32,000 nucleotides of DNA from Candidatus Kuenenia stuttgartensis (GTDB lineage: Bacteria > Planctomycetota > Brocadiia > Brocadiales > Brocadiaceae): contig NZ_LT934425.1 of the NCBI RefSeq assembly GCF_900232105.1, forward strand, positions 1,590,001 through 1,622,000, in the 5' to 3' direction. Positions 28,207-32,000 of this stretch are shown in pieces. Both the position numbers and the translations under genes were made by a program. Position 1 is the first letter of the stretch. The number at the start of each line of letters is the position of its first letter. Below the pieces are notes generated by a model that was not told the DNA's origin, ran no database searches, and worked only from the letters and a program-made list of their open reading frames with translations.

Positions 28207-29993
28207 ACAAAAATAAAACACGGAATCAAATAGAAGACAAATACAAATGGGATTTGTCTGTTTTGTATGCATCGGATGATTGTTGGGAGAAAGACTACCG
28301 GAAGGTGGAAAAAGGACTTCCTCAACTCATGGCGTTTAAAGGTGCTCTTGCCGATTCCGGCAAACTCGGGCAGTTCATGCAGTTATACATTGATCATTCT
28401 GTCGTAAGAGAAAATTTACATGTGTATGCGCATGTACGCTTTTTTGAAGATACCCGGAATGCCGTGTATGAAGAGATGAAGGGCCGTATTGAACTGCTTG
28501 TTTCAAAGATTTCTGCAGAAACTGTTTTTATAAAAAAAGAGCTGTCGTCTTTATCGCTTGATGATATCGATACGATGATTCACGAAAATTCTCAGCTTGC
28601 AGGGTATCGCTTCTTTTTGAAAAGCTATGCCCGATACAAAACCGCACATCCTTTCGGAGGAAACGGAAATTGCTTTAGCAGAACTGAAAATTGCCTTAAA
28701 AAGCCTGATGATGCTTTTTTGGCCTTTCATGATAACAATATTTTATTCGGGGAATTTGAACACAAGGGAGAAAAAATCCACCTCTCTCATGCAAAATATG
28801 CCCAACTATTAGAATCTCCTGACCGGGATCTCCGGCAAAAGGTGTTTGATTATTATTACCGGCCTTTCCGTCAGAATATTGATGTACTGGCAAATATCTA
28901 TGCTGCAAACGTACTTGCAAACATTAAGCTGGCGAAGGTACGCAACTATGCGTCAATGCTGGAAATGTCCCTGTTTCCCGATTATGTGCCACTGCCCAAA
29001 CAAGGTATTCAGCAATCTCGTTGAAGTTGCAAAAGAAAATATTGATGTGATTAGCGAGTTCAATGCACTGAAACAGGAAGAACTCGGCATAGAAGCATTA
29101 CACTTCTATGATAATTATGTGCCCTGGTTGGTGAAACTGCTAAAAATATTCTTATGAAGAGGCGCGTACTCTGGTTCGTACTGCACTTGAACCGCTTGGG
29201 GCTGAATATCTCAGGAAGTACGACGCTACCGTTAGTGCACGGGTAATTGATGTTTTTGAATCTCCCGGCAAAAGATCAGGGGCATTCTCATGGGGGAGTT
29301 ATGCGAGCCGGGGATTAATTTTCTTAAATTACACGGAAAAGTTTTCGGATGTTTCAACATTTGCACATGATTCGGCCACTGCCTGCATCGGGATTATTCC
29401 ATTGAAAATCAACCATACATTTATTATCAGAATCCCATCTTTCTGGCAGAGATAGCCTCTACATTCAATGAAGCGCTGTTATTTGATCATATGTCAAAGA
29501 TTGCCGAAACCCGCGCGAGGAGAAGAAATTTTATCTGTATCATAATATGAAACGTATAGAGGCAACCTTCTATAGACAGACCATGTTCGCAAATTTTGAA
29601 AAAGATATTCACGAGATGGCAGAATCCGGCAAGGTGCTGACCTCGAAAAGCATAACCGGCATTTACCTGAAAAATCTTGAAACCTATCTGGGTAAGGGAA
29701 TGGTTATTGATGTGCAATTAAACTACGAGTGGGCTAGAATTCCTCATTTTTACAATGCCTTTTATGTCTACAAATATGCTACCAGTTTGTCCGCGGCAAT
29801 AGCTTTGTCTGAACGCGTAACCTCCGGTGAAAAAGGCGCCGTCGAAGACTATCTGACATTTCTGGGAGCAGGATCACACAAAGAACCGCTTGAAATCCTG
29901 AAAGACGCCGGGGTTGACCTTACCGGAAAAGAAGCATATGAAGTGACGGTTTACAAATTCAGGAAATTACTGAAAGAATACAAGTCATTATAA
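28203..29993 (+). pseudogene. M3 family oligoendopeptidase (PepF-like) pseudogene
   Basis: Homologous segments distributed over frames: 28203..29024, 28846..29157, an unannotated segment around 29150-29380, and 29547..29993. At least five frame changes, and the expected HExxH site reads HDSAT. Confidence 0.85.
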
Positions 29994-30132
29994 GGGGTGT
30001 GATTTGTAGTGGCAAGGCGTACCTCATACGCATCAACCTAACTTTTACTGAAAAGCCAGCAGTTGAAGCAAAGCAGAAGTAAAGAGATTAATTTTTCAGA
30101 ATGGGGATTCACCTCCCTCATATACTAAGAAC

Positions 30133-31083
30133 TTATTGGGATTGTTGTAACACGGAACGGAATTCTCTGCACAGTGGATACACCATTATTAATTTTACAT
30201 TTTCGTAAAGTTTGGAATAATCTCCCAATTTCCCCCTCCCCTTCGTTTCTCCTAAATAAATCCAATTTGCTGCCTTATAGCATGTACCCCTGAAACGTTT
30301 TTTTTCTACAAACGTCTCTAACATTACAGGCCGGTATTTGTAACGATCTTCCCAATCATTCGGCAGTTTTTTGGCGACTAAGCCCAATACCCTTGATGCA
30401 AGATTCCTTGACTTTATCCAGGGCAAAATCAAAAACCGGCAATTATTTACTATCAGATTGAGATTTTGTTCCCGAATCTGCCTACTCCATCCGATAAAGT
30501 CTTCTCTTGCCTGCACATTCCACGCTGATGCACCAAAACCTAATGCCCCAAGTACGCCGTAACGACTGTTTATCTGATAGCGAAGTTGGGCGCCTACCAA
30601 TCTTTTATATCCTAAATAATGCCAACGATGAATCATTTCGTTCCATATACGGGATTCTACAGGGGTTTTTACTATATCCAGACTTATATCTCCAATCTCT
30701 CCGGCTGATAGGTTGAGCAATGGCTGGTTATCATTTAACATATTACTATGCTTGTACGGCTTGCCATCGCCATTCCCATTTCGATTCAAAGATGGCGGCA
30801 AGGAGAACCACCCATCTCTTTCCATCCGCAGCAGCGCTACACGGCAACTCATATCCTTTAGCTTGCCGTCTGCCTTTCTCCACTCAAAGCGCTCACATAT
30901 CTTCACCGAAATAGCCGTCCGGCACAAACCCTTTGTCCTGACTATTTCACTAATAATTTTCATTTCTTCCATCGTAAAGTCGCGCCCACAATAACGAACC
31001 GGCGCGGCAGACTGATGCAACGCAACGGCAGATTTGATTCGTTCAGGCTCTTTGAGAATATGATTCCTGTTGTCCCCTGTCAT
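30133..31083 (-). CDS. DUF4338 / DruA-like protein encoded next to a transposase
   Basis: 'YCGRDFTMEEMKIISEIV...WNEMIHRWHYLGYKRLVGAQLRYQI...VNNCRFLILPWIKSRNLASRVLGLVAKKLPNDWEDRYKYRPVMLETFVEKKRFRGTCYKAANWIYLGETKGRGK'. Confidence 0.85.
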   Translation of the reverse strand: MTGDNRNHILKEPERIKSAVALHQSAAPVRYCGRDFTMEEMKIISEIVRTKGLCRTAISVKICERFEWRKADGKLKDMSCRVALLRMERDGWFSLPPSLNRNGNGDGKPYKHSNMLNDNQPLLNLSAGEIGDISLDIVKTPVESRIWNEMIHRWHYLGYKRLVGAQLRYQINSRYGVLGALGFGASAWNVQAREDFIGWSRQIREQNLNLIVNNCRFLILPWIKSRNLASRVLGLVAKKLPNDWEDRYKYRPVMLETFVEKKRFRGTCYKAANWIYLGETKGRGKLGDYSKLYENVKLIMVYPLCREFRSVLQQSQ

Positions 31084-32000
31084 AGTGAAAAACCCTCTAA
31101 AAATCCAACCTGTCCACTTATTAATTCAAGGGTTGTTTTGCGCCGCCTCTTTTGTTTTAACAGTCCTTTGGGGAAACTCTTTAACAATTCTTCCATAAGC
31201 GCCGGAAGCATATTATCTGCAATCGCACGGCTCAGACGCCCTTTTCTTTGTAACCATTGAATTAGCTTTACCCCACTCACCTCCCGGCACATAGTACTAT
31301 GACAATACCATGCGCTTAGCGCATATATCCGCGTTACGATACATATCATTATCAACCGGCCATATAACAAACAACGAATCCTTTCTTCACGGGTACCCCT
31401 CATTACATCCATCCGGAATAATTGTTTCCATTGCTTAAATACCAACTCTATCTGCCACCTTATCCGGTATATTGTGCCTACTACTTCCGGCGACCAGATT
31501 TCCGCCCCTACATTGGTGATATAGAAGCTATAGTCTAACCACTCTAAATATTCACGGGACAAGGTCTTTCCACTCTTTTGTACCGCTCTTTTGGCTTTGC
31601 GTCTGCGCTCATTTATTACATGCCCGGGCGCACGGTACGCTATCAGACGGCTGCATATCCTCTCTTCTCCAAGATAAACCTCCATGTCTGCGAGACCTTT
31701 ATTGCCTATGTGTTTCTTTACATATGACACAAGGTCTATGGCTTCTGCACCGGGATCTGCGCTTAAATAGACTTTGGTACTCTTGAAGAAGCGGCTTAAA
31801 TAATATGCCCCTTTTCCTTCAATATCCCCTAATACCGAAAGATCAAAATATCCCAAATCCCTCAACAGCAAATCCCTTTCCCCTATATGTTTCAATACCT
31901 TTGCTCCGTTTTTCTGATCAGGATAGGTGCCTTTCGTAATAGAAACTTCTTTCAATATATGATGTACCGCCTCATATAATAAATCTATCTTTACGGATGA
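31080..32000 (-). mobile_element. IS4-type DDE transposase, 5' end beyond the window
   Basis: ORF 31080..31955 stays open to 32000; contains YREK-like 'IYRIRWQIELVFKQWK'. The TTG start at 31955 is an ORF-caller choice. Confidence 0.85.

Noticed and set aside
27918-28325. 135-aa minus-strand ORF
   Set aside because: Opposes the GIY-YIG gene and the start of the peptidase pseudogene; no motif.
30133-31083. Complete Druantia defence system
   Set aside because: Only a DruA-like DUF4338 gene is present, coupled to a transposase; no helicase or other Dru genes in the window.

Overview
32 kb window with mostly core-genome character. Gene content (cytochrome bd-like subunit, cupredoxin, paired formate/nitrite transporters) suggests an anammox planctomycete such as 'Ca. 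Kuenenia'; this taxonomic guess is inference. Almost everything from 1 to 26.8 kb is on the minus strand. Confident genes: two tandem FocA/NirC-family channels, a dynamin-family GTPase and a GTPase-less paralog, SMC, NrdG/NrdD/NrdR, dCMP deaminase, MnmE, YidC, Trm112-like protein, ScpA (C-terminus broken at a 10-nt homopolymer), an M50 protease, a YaiI/YqxD protein, a GIY-YIG protein, a multiply frameshifted M3 oligopeptidase pseudogene, and an IS4-type transposase translationally coupled to a DUF4338/DruA-like gene. The most notable signal is two copies (12.37-12.42 kb and 10.26-10.31 kb, minus strand) of an RNA element closely matching the fluoride (crcB) riboswitch. Each copy is followed by two terminator-like hairpins and lies directly upstream of a dynamin-like gene. 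Downstream on the same strand are small orphan ORFs, a decayed FNT fragment and two intact FNT channels, which suggests a candidate fluoride-responsive membrane-remodelling/anion-channel locus. Two small genes absent from the ORF track (a Lys/Ala/Thr-rich histone H1-like protein and a Trm112-like protein) were found by direct reading.
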